Shown piece after piece: positions 29,753 to 40,151 of a stretch of 64,000 nucleotides of DNA. The stretch covers positions 12,949 through 76,948 of the forward strand of contig JAXHMM010000010.1 in NCBI GenBank assembly GCA_034521445.1, written 5' to 3'. The notes under the pieces are model-generated. The model had not been told where the DNA came from. It saw nothing but the letters and a program-made list of their open reading frames with translations, and did not search any database. This DNA is from Balneolaceae bacterium. Lineage in GTDB: Bacteria; Bacteroidota; Rhodothermia; Balneolales; Balneolaceae. The position numbers and the translations under genes are program-made. Each line of letters begins with the position of its first letter. Positions within the stretch are counted from its first letter, which is position 1.

Positions 29753-30125
29753 CGACTTTAGATAGCTTCTGTTTTAGCTGCGAGAAATTAGGGTCAATCC
29801 GTTCCAATGTCAATGAAATCGGGGCAGGGAATATAGAATGTTCAGCCGACAAAACATACAAAAGGAGCCCCCGTTATGCTATTTAAACAGGATATAAACT
29901 GCGAGCTGCCTCCACCTGTACGAGAGGTTCCGGCATGGAATCTCAACATGTAAATTTTGGTTGTAATGCCTTGCGGCAAGCGGCTGACACCGGCCGCAGC
30001 TCCACCCTCCGAAGGCCTCCTTGCCCGGGCCGTGCGAGTTTACGAGGACCGTAAAAAACCGTACATTACGTGAGCTGACACTTACCACCCCTAAAACCTG
30101 CAGGTGACCATTGGGTAAGATCAAA

Positions 30126-30683
30126 ATGGAAATTTTGGGACTCTCCACCAGCCCCAGCAGCGGAGGTGCCTACGCGCTCATCCTCAACGAGGCGGAGGGG
30201 CAGCGGAGGCTCCCCATTATCATCGGTACCTTCGAGGCGCAGGCCATCGCGCTGGAACTGGAGCATATCAAACCGCCCCGGCCGATGACCCACGACCTTA
30301 TGAAAAGCATCATCGACACCTTCAAGGCCGAATTCAGCCAGGTCTTCATCAACGATCTGAGCGAGGGCACCTTTTTTGCAAAGATCCTCTACAGCCGCAA
30401 CGGGGAAGAGCTGGAACAGGACGCCCGACCCAGCGACGCCATCGCCCTGGCCGTGCGCTTTAACGCCCCAATTTATGTGGAAGAGAAGATTCTTGACGAG
30501 GCGGGCATACTTACCGAAAGTGAAGGGGAGGCCGGCGAGCTCACCACCGGGGGCGGGGAGGAACCTTCGCGCGAGATGAGCAAACTGGAAAAGCTGGAGC
30601 AGGAGCTGCAGACCGCCATTGATACGGAAAATTATGAGAAAGCGGCCCGCCTGCGCGACGAGATCCAAAAGCTAAAAGGGTAG
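30126..30683 (+). CDS. bifunctional nuclease family protein (DUF151) with C-terminal UVR motif
   Basis: ATG at 30126 (MEILGLSTSP...); the track uses TTG at 30111. DUF151 core PIIIGTFEAQAIA...RPMTHDL and UVR-like YEKAARLRDEIQKL. Confidence 0.8.
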   Translation: MEILGLSTSPSSGGAYALILNEAEGQRRLPIIIGTFEAQAIALELEHIKPPRPMTHDLMKSIIDTFKAEFSQVFINDLSEGTFFAKILYSRNGEELEQDARPSDAIALAVRFNAPIYVEEKILDEAGILTESEGEAGELTTGGGEEPSREMSKLEKLEQELQTAIDTENYEKAARLRDEIQKLKG

Positions 30684-30687
30684 GAGC

Positions 30688-32322
30688 TTGCAGCTAAAAT
30701 CCATTCCTTTCGACCGGCTGCCCTTCTCCCGTCTTTTCCAGGCCTATACTAGCGATCCTTCCACGCTGGAACCGTTCTACGAAGACCATCCCTTCAATCC
30801 CGGCTGCGCCCGGGCCCGCGCGGAGTATCTGGGCGGCAGGGAAGATGAAGGGATCTCCCGCGGGCGCCTGGGCGAGCTGCTGGAAGCATTTAACGCCCGC
30901 TTCGATCCCCCGCAGGAGGTGCGCGACAACATCGCCCGGCTGGGGGAGGGAGAGGCCCTTGCGGTGGTCACAGGCCAACAGCTTACCCTCTACGGGGGAC
31001 CCCTCTATACCGTCTACAAGACCCTCACGGCTATTCACTATGCCCGTCGGATGGAAGAGCGCCTTGGCCGTCTCGTCGTGCCGGTTTTCTGGCTGGCCGA
31101 TGAGGATCATGACTACGACGAGGTACGCCACCTCACGCTGCTGGACGGCCACGAACCGCGGCGCGTGGAACTGCCTCCGCAACCTCGCAGCCGGCAGCCG
31201 GTGGCCCACCGCATACTTCCCCCCGAACTGGAGGAGACCCGTGAGGAGGCCAGGAAGATGCTCTTTGACACCGATTTCAGCAGGGATCTCTGGGAGGGCC
31301 TGGACCGCCACTGGTCAGCCGGCAGCCGCTTCGACGAGGCTTTCGGGGGTTGGCTGCTCTCGCTGTTCGGCCACCGCGGACTGGTGCTATTCGGCAGCAG
31401 CTGCGAGGGGGTGAAGGAGGCCGGCAGGGAGCTTATGGCCCGATCCGTGGAGCAGGCCGACGAGGCGCGCGAGGCCCTTGAGGTGCAGAGCGCCCGTCTG
31501 GAGGAGCAATTTCACCGGCAGGTCACCCTCTACGATTCCAACCTCTTCCGGCTGGACGGGCAGGGCGGCCGCGTCAAGATCGGCCGGGAAGGCGACCGGT
31601 GGGAGGCGGGGCCGGGCGACTCATGGAGTACCGAAGAGTTGGCACAGGAGGTGCGGGAGCGTCCTGAGAGTTTCTCGCCCAACGTCTTTTTACGTCCCCT
31701 TCTGCAGGACCGCCTGCTGCCCACTCTCGCCTATGTGGCGGGTCCGGGAGAGGTGGCCTACTTTGGACAGATGAAGGGTCTCTACCGATGTTTCGGCATG
31801 CGCATGCCCCTTATTCTGCCCCGCCTCAGCGCCACCCTCATCGAACCCGCCATCGACCGCATCCTCGGCGAACTGCCCTTCGAGCTGTCCGAATACGCCC
31901 GCCGCATCGAAGACCTGGAGTCGGACTACGTGGACCGTACCGAGCAGGCCGACATCGAGGACCTCTTTTCCAGCTGGAAGAAAGAGGCTGAGAAAATATC
32001 ACGCCAGCCTACCGAGGCTGTGGCTAACATCGATCCCACCCTCAAGGGGGCGGCCGGCAAGGCCACCGCCACCTTTTACAATGAACTGGACAAACTCAAA
32101 GGCAAGGTCTATCGCGCCGTCAAGCAGCAGGAGGAGACCCAGCTCCGCCGCATACGCCGCATCAAGGGGGAGCTTTTCCCCGGCGATGGGGCCCAGGAGC
32201 GCACCCTTGCGGCCATTTGGTATATGAACAAGTACGGCACCGGCCTCTGGGACCGGCTCCTGGAGCGCCTTGAGGAAGAGGAGGACGACCCTTTCAACCA
32301 TCACAAGCTGATCTATCTCTAG
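30688..32322 (+). CDS. bshC: bacillithiol biosynthesis cysteine-adding enzyme BshC
   Basis: 544-aa ORF (TTG start). Length and N-terminal pattern (LEPFYEDHPF..., QQLTLYGGPLYTVYK, YFGQM) match the BshC/YllA family. Confidence 0.8.
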   Translation: MQLKSIPFDRLPFSRLFQAYTSDPSTLEPFYEDHPFNPGCARARAEYLGGREDEGISRGRLGELLEAFNARFDPPQEVRDNIARLGEGEALAVVTGQQLTLYGGPLYTVYKTLTAIHYARRMEERLGRLVVPVFWLADEDHDYDEVRHLTLLDGHEPRRVELPPQPRSRQPVAHRILPPELEETREEARKMLFDTDFSRDLWEGLDRHWSAGSRFDEAFGGWLLSLFGHRGLVLFGSSCEGVKEAGRELMARSVEQADEAREALEVQSARLEEQFHRQVTLYDSNLFRLDGQGGRVKIGREGDRWEAGPGDSWSTEELAQEVRERPESFSPNVFLRPLLQDRLLPTLAYVAGPGEVAYFGQMKGLYRCFGMRMPLILPRLSATLIEPAIDRILGELPFELSEYARRIEDLESDYVDRTEQADIEDLFSSWKKEAEKISRQPTEAVANIDPTLKGAAGKATATFYNELDKLKGKVYRAVKQQEETQLRRIRRIKGELFPGDGAQERTLAAIWYMNKYGTGLWDRLLERLEEEEDDPFNHHKLIYL

Positions 32323-32916
32323 GTGAGCGAACAGGTACAGAAAGAACGCGTGCGCACCTCCCTGCTGGATCGCCGCCGGCGCATTACAAAGGCTCGCTAC
32401 CGAGCCAAGTCGGAGATCATACGGGAGCGGCTGACGGACATGCCCGAATTCCAGGATGCCCGCACCGTGCACTGCTATGTTTCCATGAACGATCGCGGGG
32501 AACCTGATACCCATCCTCTCCTCAGGGAAATGCTTGATGCAGGACGGCGCGTGGTGGTGCCGGTGACCGACTTCGACTCCGGGACCCTCCGCCATGTGGA
32601 ACTTACATCCCTGGAGGAGCTGCGCCCCAATAAATGGGGCGTGGAGGAGCCGGAGGAAGGAGAGGAGGTACCGCTGCCTGAGCTCGATTTCATTGTGGTG
32701 CCGATGGTGGGAGGAGACCGTCAGTGCAACCGCCTCGGCTACGGGAAGGGATTTTACGACCGCTTTCTGGAGCGGACGGACTGCTTTCGCGTGGGACTTC
32801 TTTTCGAGGAGTGTTATGTGAACGAACTGCCGGCCGATCCCTTCGACGTACCTATGGACGCCATCGTGACCGACCGGCAGCTCGTGCGGCGACCGGCAGC
32901 GCCCCCTCGACATTAA
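32323..32916 (+). CDS. 5-formyltetrahydrofolate cyclo-ligase
   Basis: 197-aa ORF (GTG start, abuts the bshC stop). MTHFS family pattern (VVPMVGGDRQCNRLGYGKGFYDRFL). Confidence 0.85.
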   Translation: MSEQVQKERVRTSLLDRRRRITKARYRAKSEIIRERLTDMPEFQDARTVHCYVSMNDRGEPDTHPLLREMLDAGRRVVVPVTDFDSGTLRHVELTSLEELRPNKWGVEEPEEGEEVPLPELDFIVVPMVGGDRQCNRLGYGKGFYDRFLERTDCFRVGLLFEECYVNELPADPFDVPMDAIVTDRQLVRRPAAPPRH

Positions 32917-33072
32917 GAGACGCACTGGTTACCTTGAACATCACGTCCTCGTGCATCTTCGCGCGGTGCCGGATCCGGGCGGCCTGTAACATGCGGCCGG
33001 CCGGTGCCGTATTATGGGCATGTAAGCCGCCTGGAAGCCACGGACACCCGAAACGAGACCGCATTTTCTCTT

Positions 33073-33819
33073 ATGACGGAACAGACCAGACAGCGCAGCA
33101 GCCAGAAGAATCTGGATTCCTTCATGGAGTTCGAGGATCATGAGCTCCAGACCACCATGCACGACTTTCTGCAGGAGGAGAAGAAGGAGGAGGCTAAAAT
33201 TTGGAACGTTGCAACCATCGCAGGCATTGCCATGTTTTTCGTGGCCATGCTCTACCTCATACAGATGATCGGACTGGGTATCGGGCCCGATCTGGGCGGC
33301 CTGATCACCTGGTCGCCCCTAATTGGCGGCGTGCTGGTCACCCTGGTGGGATTCGGATTTCTGGTGGGCGACCAGAAGAAGAATAATGCATCCCAGAGTC
33401 AAAGGCGTCCCTCCGATTCGGGCGAACCTGTCTTCGATTTCGAGTCCCGGGGCGATGCCTCTGAATTCAATATCGACAACGACCTGGACGAAGACTCCTA
33501 CGAGAGGCGCAGCTCGCGGAGGGGCACGCAGACCGGCACGCGCTCCGGCTCCCGGACCGGCTCAAATGCCGAGGCGTTCCGCTTTGACGACTACGCCCTC
33601 AACAAGCCCAAAAAACTCTACAAGTCGCGCACCGACCGGAAATGGCTGGGGGTATGCGGGGGACTTGCCAAGTACCTGGGCATCAGCTCCACGGTGATAC
33701 GGCTGCTCTTCGTTATCTTCACCTTCGCCTCCAGCGGCGTGGCCATACCCGCCTATATCGTCCTTGGTATTGTCCTGGACAAGGAGCCTCCTGAATTGAT
33801 GGACGACTTTAACTTCTAG
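33073..33819 (+). CDS. PspC-domain membrane protein
   Basis: ATG at 33073 chosen (the track ORF starts at 33004). TM segments followed by a low-complexity linker and a C-terminal PspC domain RKWLGVCGGLAKYLGISSTVIRLLFVI. Confidence 0.7.
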   Translation: MTEQTRQRSSQKNLDSFMEFEDHELQTTMHDFLQEEKKEEAKIWNVATIAGIAMFFVAMLYLIQMIGLGIGPDLGGLITWSPLIGGVLVTLVGFGFLVGDQKKNNASQSQRRPSDSGEPVFDFESRGDASEFNIDNDLDEDSYERRSSRRGTQTGTRSGSRTGSNAEAFRFDDYALNKPKKLYKSRTDRKWLGVCGGLAKYLGISSTVIRLLFVIFTFASSGVAIPAYIVLGIVLDKEPPELMDDFNF

Positions 33820-33822
33820 GAC

Positions 33823-34431
33823 GTGTTCATCACCTTCGAGGGCATAGACGGCAGCGGCAAATCCACCCAGATCGACCTGCTCAGGCGCCACCTGGACGAT
33901 GCCGGTGAGAGGGTGGAGGTCTTCCGTGAACCGGGCGGCACCATCCTCTCCGAACAGGTGCGCTCCCTGCTGCTCGATCCCGATTCGCGCATCAACCCGG
34001 TCACCGAACTGCTGCTGTTCTCCGCCGCACGCTCCCAACTCATGTCCGAAAAGGTGCTCCCCCTGCTGGAGGAGGGAGCCTTTGTCATCCTCGACCGATT
34101 TTTCGACTCCACCACTGCCTACCAGGGCTACGGCCGCAACTCCCTGCCCCTGGAGGAGATTGAGCGTATCAACCGGGCGGCCAGCCACCACCGCGCCCCC
34201 GACCTGACCTTTTATCTGGCCATCTCCCTTGAGGAGGCGCGGAGCCGAACGGAAGGCATGGAGCAGGACCGGATGGAGCGCTCCGGCGAAGCTTTCTACC
34301 GCAGGGTCATCGAGGGCTTCGAAGAGTTGGCCCGCCGCGAGAATCGATTTTTGCGCCTGGACGCCACCCTTCCCCCCGACGAGCTGCACGGGCGCATCCT
34401 TGCGGCGGTTGATCTCCCCGGCACACGCTGA
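33823..34431 (+). CDS. tmk: thymidylate kinase
   Basis: 202 aa (GTG start). P-loop FEGIDGSGKSTQ and DRF motif. Confidence 0.93.
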   Translation: MFITFEGIDGSGKSTQIDLLRRHLDDAGERVEVFREPGGTILSEQVRSLLLDPDSRINPVTELLLFSAARSQLMSEKVLPLLEEGAFVILDRFFDSTTAYQGYGRNSLPLEEIERINRAASHHRAPDLTFYLAISLEEARSRTEGMEQDRMERSGEAFYRRVIEGFEELARRENRFLRLDATLPPDELHGRILAAVDLPGTR

Positions 34432-34624
34432 GCCGGTCCGCCACCCGCCAACCCCTTCAGCGTCCCACAGGGCTAATTCAGCTGTGAAATTAATTGCCGA
34501 TGAAGCAAATAATGGTTAAATTTATTGCATTGTGGGTGAATCCTAAGGTTAATCACGACTCGTTCCTCCAGCAAAGGACTTCATTCCTAACAATAACCTC
34601 TCAATTCGGAAGCAATTTACCATT

Positions 34625-35173
34625 ATGGCGCACGAAAGAATCGATGTTGATCTGCCTCTAGCCAAAGTTTACGAATACCTCAGCGATCCGGGGTATTTTC
34701 CACATTTTTTTGAACGCATCGACAGGGTAAACAAGGTCAACTCCCAGACCTTCGAATTTTTTACGAAGATCGACGGCGAAGATTACCAGTGGACCACCAA
34801 TATCATTGACAATCTTCGCAACACCCGCTTCGCCTGGATTACCATCAACGGAAACCTGAATCAGACGGGCACTATCCGATTCACCCCGCTGGACAATGGT
34901 GAACGCACACGGGTGGATTTCAGCTTGGATATCCGCACCTTCTACGGTGAGCCCGCGGAGGAGCTGGCCACCTTTATTCAGGGACTCGCAGCCCAGCTGA
35001 AGAAGGATCTGAATCGCTTCAAGGAGGAAGCCGAGGAGGATAAATTTAAAGAGAAGGCCGACACGACTATCGCCGAGGCGGAAGCCGCCGCTGAAGAGGC
35101 TGCCGCTGAAGAGGCTGAACAGGCCGAAGCCGAGGAGGCCAAAGCTGAGGAGGACGAAGAAGTGGCCGCCTGA
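34625..35173 (+). CDS. SRPBCC-like (polyketide cyclase/START-type) protein with Glu/Ala-rich tail
   Basis: 182-aa ORF. The first ~130 aa resemble SRPBCC ligand-binding fold proteins by pattern only. The C-terminus is low-complexity E/A. Confidence 0.55.
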   Translation: MAHERIDVDLPLAKVYEYLSDPGYFPHFFERIDRVNKVNSQTFEFFTKIDGEDYQWTTNIIDNLRNTRFAWITINGNLNQTGTIRFTPLDNGERTRVDFSLDIRTFYGEPAEELATFIQGLAAQLKKDLNRFKEEAEEDKFKEKADTTIAEAEAAAEEAAAEEAEQAEAEEAKAEEDEEVAA

Positions 35174-35197
35174 GGCGCTTCAACCATCTATTAACAG

Positions 35198-35232
35198 AAA
35201 AATGCGCACCTGCAGAGGTGCGCATTTTTTTT
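35198..35232 (+). terminator. rho-independent terminator (bidirectional-looking)
   Basis: Stem ATGCGCACCT (35202-35211) / AGGTGCGCAT (35216-35225), 4-nt loop GCAG, 8-T run to 35232, A-run upstream. Confidence 0.85.
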
Positions 35233-35252
35233 AGGTCCCCTCCCGTATCGCC

Positions 35253-36113
35253 ATGACCCTGCAGGATTTTCTCTCCTCTGACGCCGCCACAGCACCCCAC
35301 CTGCTGCTGGCTGGAAATCCCGTGTCGCACAGTTTATCTCCCCTCATGCACAACGCCGCCGCGGCACACTTCGGCATGGACCTTCGCTACCACGCGGTAC
35401 GGGTGGAGCGCGAAGAATTCGGGCGACTGCTCTCCCACTTCCGGCGCGACTCCTTCCACGGGGCCAACGTCACCCTGCCCCACAAGGAGTCCATGGCGGA
35501 GGCGGTGGACCGGCTGGAGGAGGACGCTCTGCGGATAGGGGCCCTCAACACCGTGGTGCGTGAGGGCGTACGGCTGGTGGGCCGCAATACGGACGTTTAC
35601 GGCTTTCTGCAGCCCCTGCAACCCCTGCGCGACCAGCTGGAGGGTGGCCTGGCAGTGATATTCGGCACCGGCGGCGCCTCCCGCGCCGTCTGCCACGGAT
35701 TGCACCGGCTTGGCATGGAGCGGATTGTGGCGGTCTCCCGCAGCCCCGCCCGCCGGAATCCCCCGGCCGATCTCCCCGGCCTGCAGCTGGCCGGCTACGA
35801 TAGCTGGCAGGCCCATGCGGAGAAGGCCTGCCTGGTGGTCAACACCACGCCCCTGGGCATGCACCCGGAGACCGGGAAGAGTCCGGTCCGCGACACAGAG
35901 GCTTTCCTGCTGAAGGGGAAGGTGGTTTACGATATTGTCTACCGTCCCCGCACCACCTACCTGCTGCGTCAGGCCGAAGAGGCGGGGGCGCAAACCATCG
36001 ACGGGCTGGAGATGTTTATACAGCAGGGCAGCCGCTCCTTTGAATGGTGGACCGGCAGGCCTTTTCCCATACCGCTCATCCGAGAGAAACTGTATGAAGC
36101 GCTCCGGACCTGA
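35253..36113 (+). CDS. aroE: shikimate dehydrogenase
   Basis: 286 aa. SLSPLMHNAA substrate motif and GTGGASRA NADP motif. Confidence 0.9.
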   Translation: MTLQDFLSSDAATAPHLLLAGNPVSHSLSPLMHNAAAAHFGMDLRYHAVRVEREEFGRLLSHFRRDSFHGANVTLPHKESMAEAVDRLEEDALRIGALNTVVREGVRLVGRNTDVYGFLQPLQPLRDQLEGGLAVIFGTGGASRAVCHGLHRLGMERIVAVSRSPARRNPPADLPGLQLAGYDSWQAHAEKACLVVNTTPLGMHPETGKSPVRDTEAFLLKGKVVYDIVYRPRTTYLLRQAEEAGAQTIDGLEMFIQQGSRSFEWWTGRPFPIPLIREKLYEALRT

Positions 36114-36885
36114 CATCGACCTGATCCTTCCGCGTTGGGCCTCCCGCGACGGGACGGGAGACCCGCGCGATGGGGAGGGTGTGACAGCCTTTTTCACCAC
36201 CCGAAACACCGGCTGGAATGCCGGCGGCGATGAGGCCGCCGTATCCGGGCTGAACCTGGGACTGAATACGGCCGACCCGCCGGAGCGCGTGCACCGCAAC
36301 AGGGAAAGGTTGTTCGAAGCCCTGGCGCTGGACCCCGAATGGGTGGCCCTGGCCGGCCAGGTGCACGGGACACACGTGCGATGCGTAAGCGCCGGCGGCA
36401 CCTACCCTGAAACCGACGGACTGGTGACCCGCGTGCCAGGGCTGGCTCTGGGCATACAGGTGGCCGACTGCGCTGCCGTGCTGCTCTGGGAGCCCGCCGC
36501 CCGGGTGGTCGGTGCGGTGCATGCCGGATGGCGCGGGGCTGCAGGAGGCATCCTTCCCCGTGCCCTGGAGGTGATGAAGGGCGAGGGGGGCGACCCGGAA
36601 AAAATGCACGCCTTTGTTTCCCCCTGCCTGTCCCAGGCCCGTTTCGAGGTGGGCGAGGAAGTGGCCGAACAGTTTCCGGAAGACTTCGTGGACCGTGAAA
36701 GCCACCGGAAGCCGCACCTGGATCTGAAGGGATTCCTGCTGCAGGAGCTGGCCGATGCGGGCATGGATCCCTCCCGTGTGGAAGTGCACCCGGGCTGCAC
36801 GCTTACCAATCAAAAATATTACTCATGGCGCCGCCAGGGAGAGCAGAGCGGGCGCATGATGGGCGTTGTGGGCCTGGCCTCCTGA
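36094..36885 (+). CDS. pgeF: YfiH/PgeF-family (DUF152, laccase-domain) protein
   Basis: In-frame ATG at 36094 (MKRSGPD...), 20-nt overlap with aroE. Family motifs VADCAAVLL and HAGWRG. Confidence 0.8.
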   Translation: MKRSGPDIDLILPRWASRDGTGDPRDGEGVTAFFTTRNTGWNAGGDEAAVSGLNLGLNTADPPERVHRNRERLFEALALDPEWVALAGQVHGTHVRCVSAGGTYPETDGLVTRVPGLALGIQVADCAAVLLWEPAARVVGAVHAGWRGAAGGILPRALEVMKGEGGDPEKMHAFVSPCLSQARFEVGEEVAEQFPEDFVDRESHRKPHLDLKGFLLQELADAGMDPSRVEVHPGCTLTNQKYYSWRRQGEQSGRMMGVVGLAS

Positions 36886-36973
36886 ACGGACCGTAGGCTT
36901 CACGCCGCATTCTTTATTTTGGCCGCAATTTCTCTATCTTCAAAACTCTTTTGAAACGCAAAGTCCGCATTGC

Positions 36974-38125
36974 TTGGAACGTCAACAACTGGTGATACTG
37001 GGTTCCACAGGATCCATAGGCAAACAGACCCTGGAAATCCTGCGCATGCAACCCGGCCGCTTTGATTTGCTGGCCCTCAGCTGCCGGAGCAGCTGGGAGG
37101 AGCTGGCCCGCCAGGTGGAGGAGTTCCGTCCCCGCTACGCCCTGTTGGGCGATGAAAACCTGCGCGGGAAGCTGGAGGAGCGCCTGCCGGACGATCTGCC
37201 CACTGAGCTGCTCTACGGTAGCGGGAAACTGGAGGAGCTGGCCGCCCTCCCCGAGGCTGACGTGGTTATGAACAGCCTGGTGGGTTTCGCCGGCTTCCGA
37301 CCCACGGTCAAGGCCCTGGAGGCGGGCACCAAGGTGGCCCTGGCCAACAAGGAGTCCCTGGTCGTGGGCGGAGAAATCATCCGAGGGCTGGCGGGCGACT
37401 CTTTCGACCGGCTGGTGCCGGTGGATTCCGAGCACAGCGCCATGCTGCAGTGCATCGTCGGGGAGAAACGTGAGCGCGTGGACCGCATCGTGCTTACCGC
37501 CAGCGGGGGACCCTTCCGCTCTTTCTCGCGCGAAATGATGGAGGAGGTGAGCGTGGCGGACGCCCTCGATCATCCCAACTGGTCGATGGGGGCCAAGATC
37601 ACGGTCGACTCGGCCACCATGATGAACAAGGGCCTGGAGCTTATAGAGACGCACTGGCTCTTCGGACTTCCGCTGGACCGCATCGAGCCCGTGGTGCATC
37701 CCCAGAGCGTGGTCCACTCCGTGGTCACCTTTGTGGACGGGAGCAGCAAGGCCCAGCTGGGTCCGCCCACCATGATGGTCCCCATCCTATACGCCCTCAC
37801 CTATCCCGACCGCGCTCCCCTGGAGGCGCCCACCCTTGACTGGAGCAAGGCCTTTGAACTCACCTTCGAACCGGTGGACCGCGTGCGCTTTCCCTGTCTG
37901 CGACTTGCCGAAGAGGCGGCGCGCAGCGGGGGGCACGCACCCGCCATTCTAAATGCTGCCAACGAGATCGCGGTGGAGCGGTTTCTAAAGGAAGAAATTT
38001 CTTATATTGGCATCCCTGAAATCATAGAGACCTGCCTCGAAAAACTATACGAGGGAGACGCTCCGACGGTCGACTCTCTGCAGAACGTCGACCGCCGGAC
38101 CCGAGAACTGGCACGAACCTTATAA
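36974..38125 (+). CDS. dxr: 1-deoxy-D-xylulose 5-phosphate reductoisomerase
   Basis: NADPH motif ILGSTGSIGKQTL close to the N-terminus. Start uncertain (TTG 36974 or GTG 36992); the track ATG at 36866 overlaps pgeF and adds a non-homologous leader. Confidence 0.9.
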   Translation: MERQQLVILGSTGSIGKQTLEILRMQPGRFDLLALSCRSSWEELARQVEEFRPRYALLGDENLRGKLEERLPDDLPTELLYGSGKLEELAALPEADVVMNSLVGFAGFRPTVKALEAGTKVALANKESLVVGGEIIRGLAGDSFDRLVPVDSEHSAMLQCIVGEKRERVDRIVLTASGGPFRSFSREMMEEVSVADALDHPNWSMGAKITVDSATMMNKGLELIETHWLFGLPLDRIEPVVHPQSVVHSVVTFVDGSSKAQLGPPTMMVPILYALTYPDRAPLEAPTLDWSKAFELTFEPVDRVRFPCLRLAEEAARSGGHAPAILNAANEIAVERFLKEEISYIGIPEIIETCLEKLYEGDAPTVDSLQNVDRRTRELARTL

Positions 38126-38143
38126 GTAGCACGACGCACCCCC

Positions 38144-39484
38144 ATGGAATGGATCATCAGCCTGCTGTCTACGCTGGGCATCTTTGCCGCAGCCCTGCTC
38201 ATCCTCGTGTTTTTTCACGAGCTGGGCCACTTCCTGGCAGCCAAATTTTTCGGCATGCGCGTGGAGCGCTTTTCGCTTGGATTCCCACCCCGAATCTGGG
38301 GCTTTAAAAAGGGTGACACCGACTACTGTGTAGGCGCCACCCCGCTGGGCGGCTATGTAAAAATATCCGGCATGATCGACGAGAGCATGGACACCGACCA
38401 CCTGGAGGAGGAGCCTCAGCCCTGGGAATTCCGCAGCAAGCCGGTCTGGCAGCGAATTGTGGTTATCACGGCCGGCGTGATCTTCAACATGATCCTGGCC
38501 GTGCTCATATATGCCGGACTGGCCCTGACGGCCGGTGAGACCAAGGTGGAGCTGGACAGTGTCGGGGGACTCTACGTGGCCGAGGGCTCCCTGGCGCAGC
38601 AGATCGGCTTCCGAAGCGGAGACCGTATTCTGAGCGTGAACGGCGAGCAGGTGCCCTACTTCTCCGACCTGGTGGCCCCCACTCAGCTCACCCGCTCCGA
38701 TGTGCACTATACGGTTCAGCGAGGCGGGGAGGAGGTGACTGTGGGCCTGCCCGACAGCGCCCTCAACGAGTTCAGCCGGCAGGGTTTCATCTCCCCGACC
38801 AATGCCATTCCCAGCCGCGTGCGCCAGGTACAGGAGGGCAGTCCCGCCGACTCGGCCGGCCTGCAGGCGGGCGACCGCATCATCTCCCTGAACGGCGACT
38901 CGGTGGCCTGGTGGGCGCAGCTGGTGGAGGGCATCCGCAGCAGCACCTCCGACAGCCTCTCCCTGCAGGTGGCACGCGGGGACCGGACGCTCGCCTATAC
39001 CATGCGCCCGCGGGCCGACGGGACCATCGGCATTGCCTCGCCTGCACCCGATGAAATTTTCGAGATTCACCGATTCCAATACGGCCTCTTCGAATCGATG
39101 CGTGTGGGCGGGGAGAAGACCGCTGCCACCTTCACTGGCATCATTCAAGGCTTCAGCAAGCTTTTTTCGGGCGACATCTCCGTGCGCGAAAATCTGGGGG
39201 GACCCGTGGCCATCGCCAACGTGACGCGGGAGGCCACCGAGGTGGGGGGCATGATTGGCTTCTGGAACATCACGGCCTTCCTCAGCATCACCCTGGCCAT
39301 CATGAACATCCTTCCCATTCCCGTGCTGGACGGGGGGCACCTCATGTTCCTGTTCTACGAGGGCATCACCCGCCGGGAGCCCTCGGCAAAAGTGCGCATG
39401 GTGCTCCAGCAGATCGGTTTCGTGCTGATCATCGCGCTTTTCATCTACGTCACCTTCAACGACATTCTCAGACAATTCGGGTAG
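38144..39484 (+). CDS. rseP: RIP site-2 metalloprotease RseP
   Basis: 446 aa. HELGH zinc motif in TM1, PDZ region, NILPIPVLDGGH motif. Confidence 0.93.
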   Translation: MEWIISLLSTLGIFAAALLILVFFHELGHFLAAKFFGMRVERFSLGFPPRIWGFKKGDTDYCVGATPLGGYVKISGMIDESMDTDHLEEEPQPWEFRSKPVWQRIVVITAGVIFNMILAVLIYAGLALTAGETKVELDSVGGLYVAEGSLAQQIGFRSGDRILSVNGEQVPYFSDLVAPTQLTRSDVHYTVQRGGEEVTVGLPDSALNEFSRQGFISPTNAIPSRVRQVQEGSPADSAGLQAGDRIISLNGDSVAWWAQLVEGIRSSTSDSLSLQVARGDRTLAYTMRPRADGTIGIASPAPDEIFEIHRFQYGLFESMRVGGEKTAATFTGIIQGFSKLFSGDISVRENLGGPVAIANVTREATEVGGMIGFWNITAFLSITLAIMNILPIPVLDGGHLMFLFYEGITRREPSAKVRMVLQQIGFVLIIALFIYVTFNDILRQFG

Positions 39485-39491
39485 TTTCGCA

Positions 39492-40151
39492 ATGGGTTTG
39501 ATTGCACGAGACGGGTATTCAACCATCGCGGTGGTCATCCTGACGGCCGCCATTATCAGCTATGCGGCCTCTTTCGGCGGCCACTGGACCCAGTGGGTGG
39601 TCTACGGCAGCATGATTCTGCTGGTGGGATTCATATTCTATTTCTTCCGGGATCCCGAGCGCCGGGTGCCCGAGGCCGAAAACCTGGTGCTTTCGCCCGC
39701 CGACGGAAAGGTGGTGCTCGTCAAGGAGGTGGAGGAGCCCGACTACATAGGGGGAGAGGCCCTGCAGATCAGCATCTTCCTTTCGCCCATGGACGTGCAC
39801 GTCAACCGCATCCCCTCCCACGGCACCGTGGAGTACGTGGAGTACCACCCCGGCATCTACCTGATGGCTTTCGATCACCGCTCCTCGGAACTGAATGAGC
39901 GCGCTGATTTCGGCGTCCTGCATCCCTCCGGACGGAAGATCTTTTTCCGGCAGATCACCGGATTTCTGGCCCGGCGCATCGTCTACCACATCGGGGTGGG
40001 CGACACCGTGAGAGCTGGCAACCGCTTTGGCATGATGAAATTCGGGTCCAGAATGGATATACTGCTGCCGCCCGGCGTGGAGCTTCGCGTGCAGGAGGGC
40101 GACCGCACCGTCGCCGGTGAAACCGTACTGGCCGCCATCTCCCCCTCATGA
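39492..40151 (+). CDS. psd: phosphatidylserine decarboxylase (short type)
   Basis: 219 aa. Self-cleavage region MKFGSRMD. Confidence 0.88.
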   Translation: MGLIARDGYSTIAVVILTAAIISYAASFGGHWTQWVVYGSMILLVGFIFYFFRDPERRVPEAENLVLSPADGKVVLVKEVEEPDYIGGEALQISIFLSPMDVHVNRIPSHGTVEYVEYHPGIYLMAFDHRSSELNERADFGVLHPSGRKIFFRQITGFLARRIVYHIGVGDTVRAGNRFGMMKFGSRMDILLPPGVELRVQEGDRTVAGETVLAAISPS

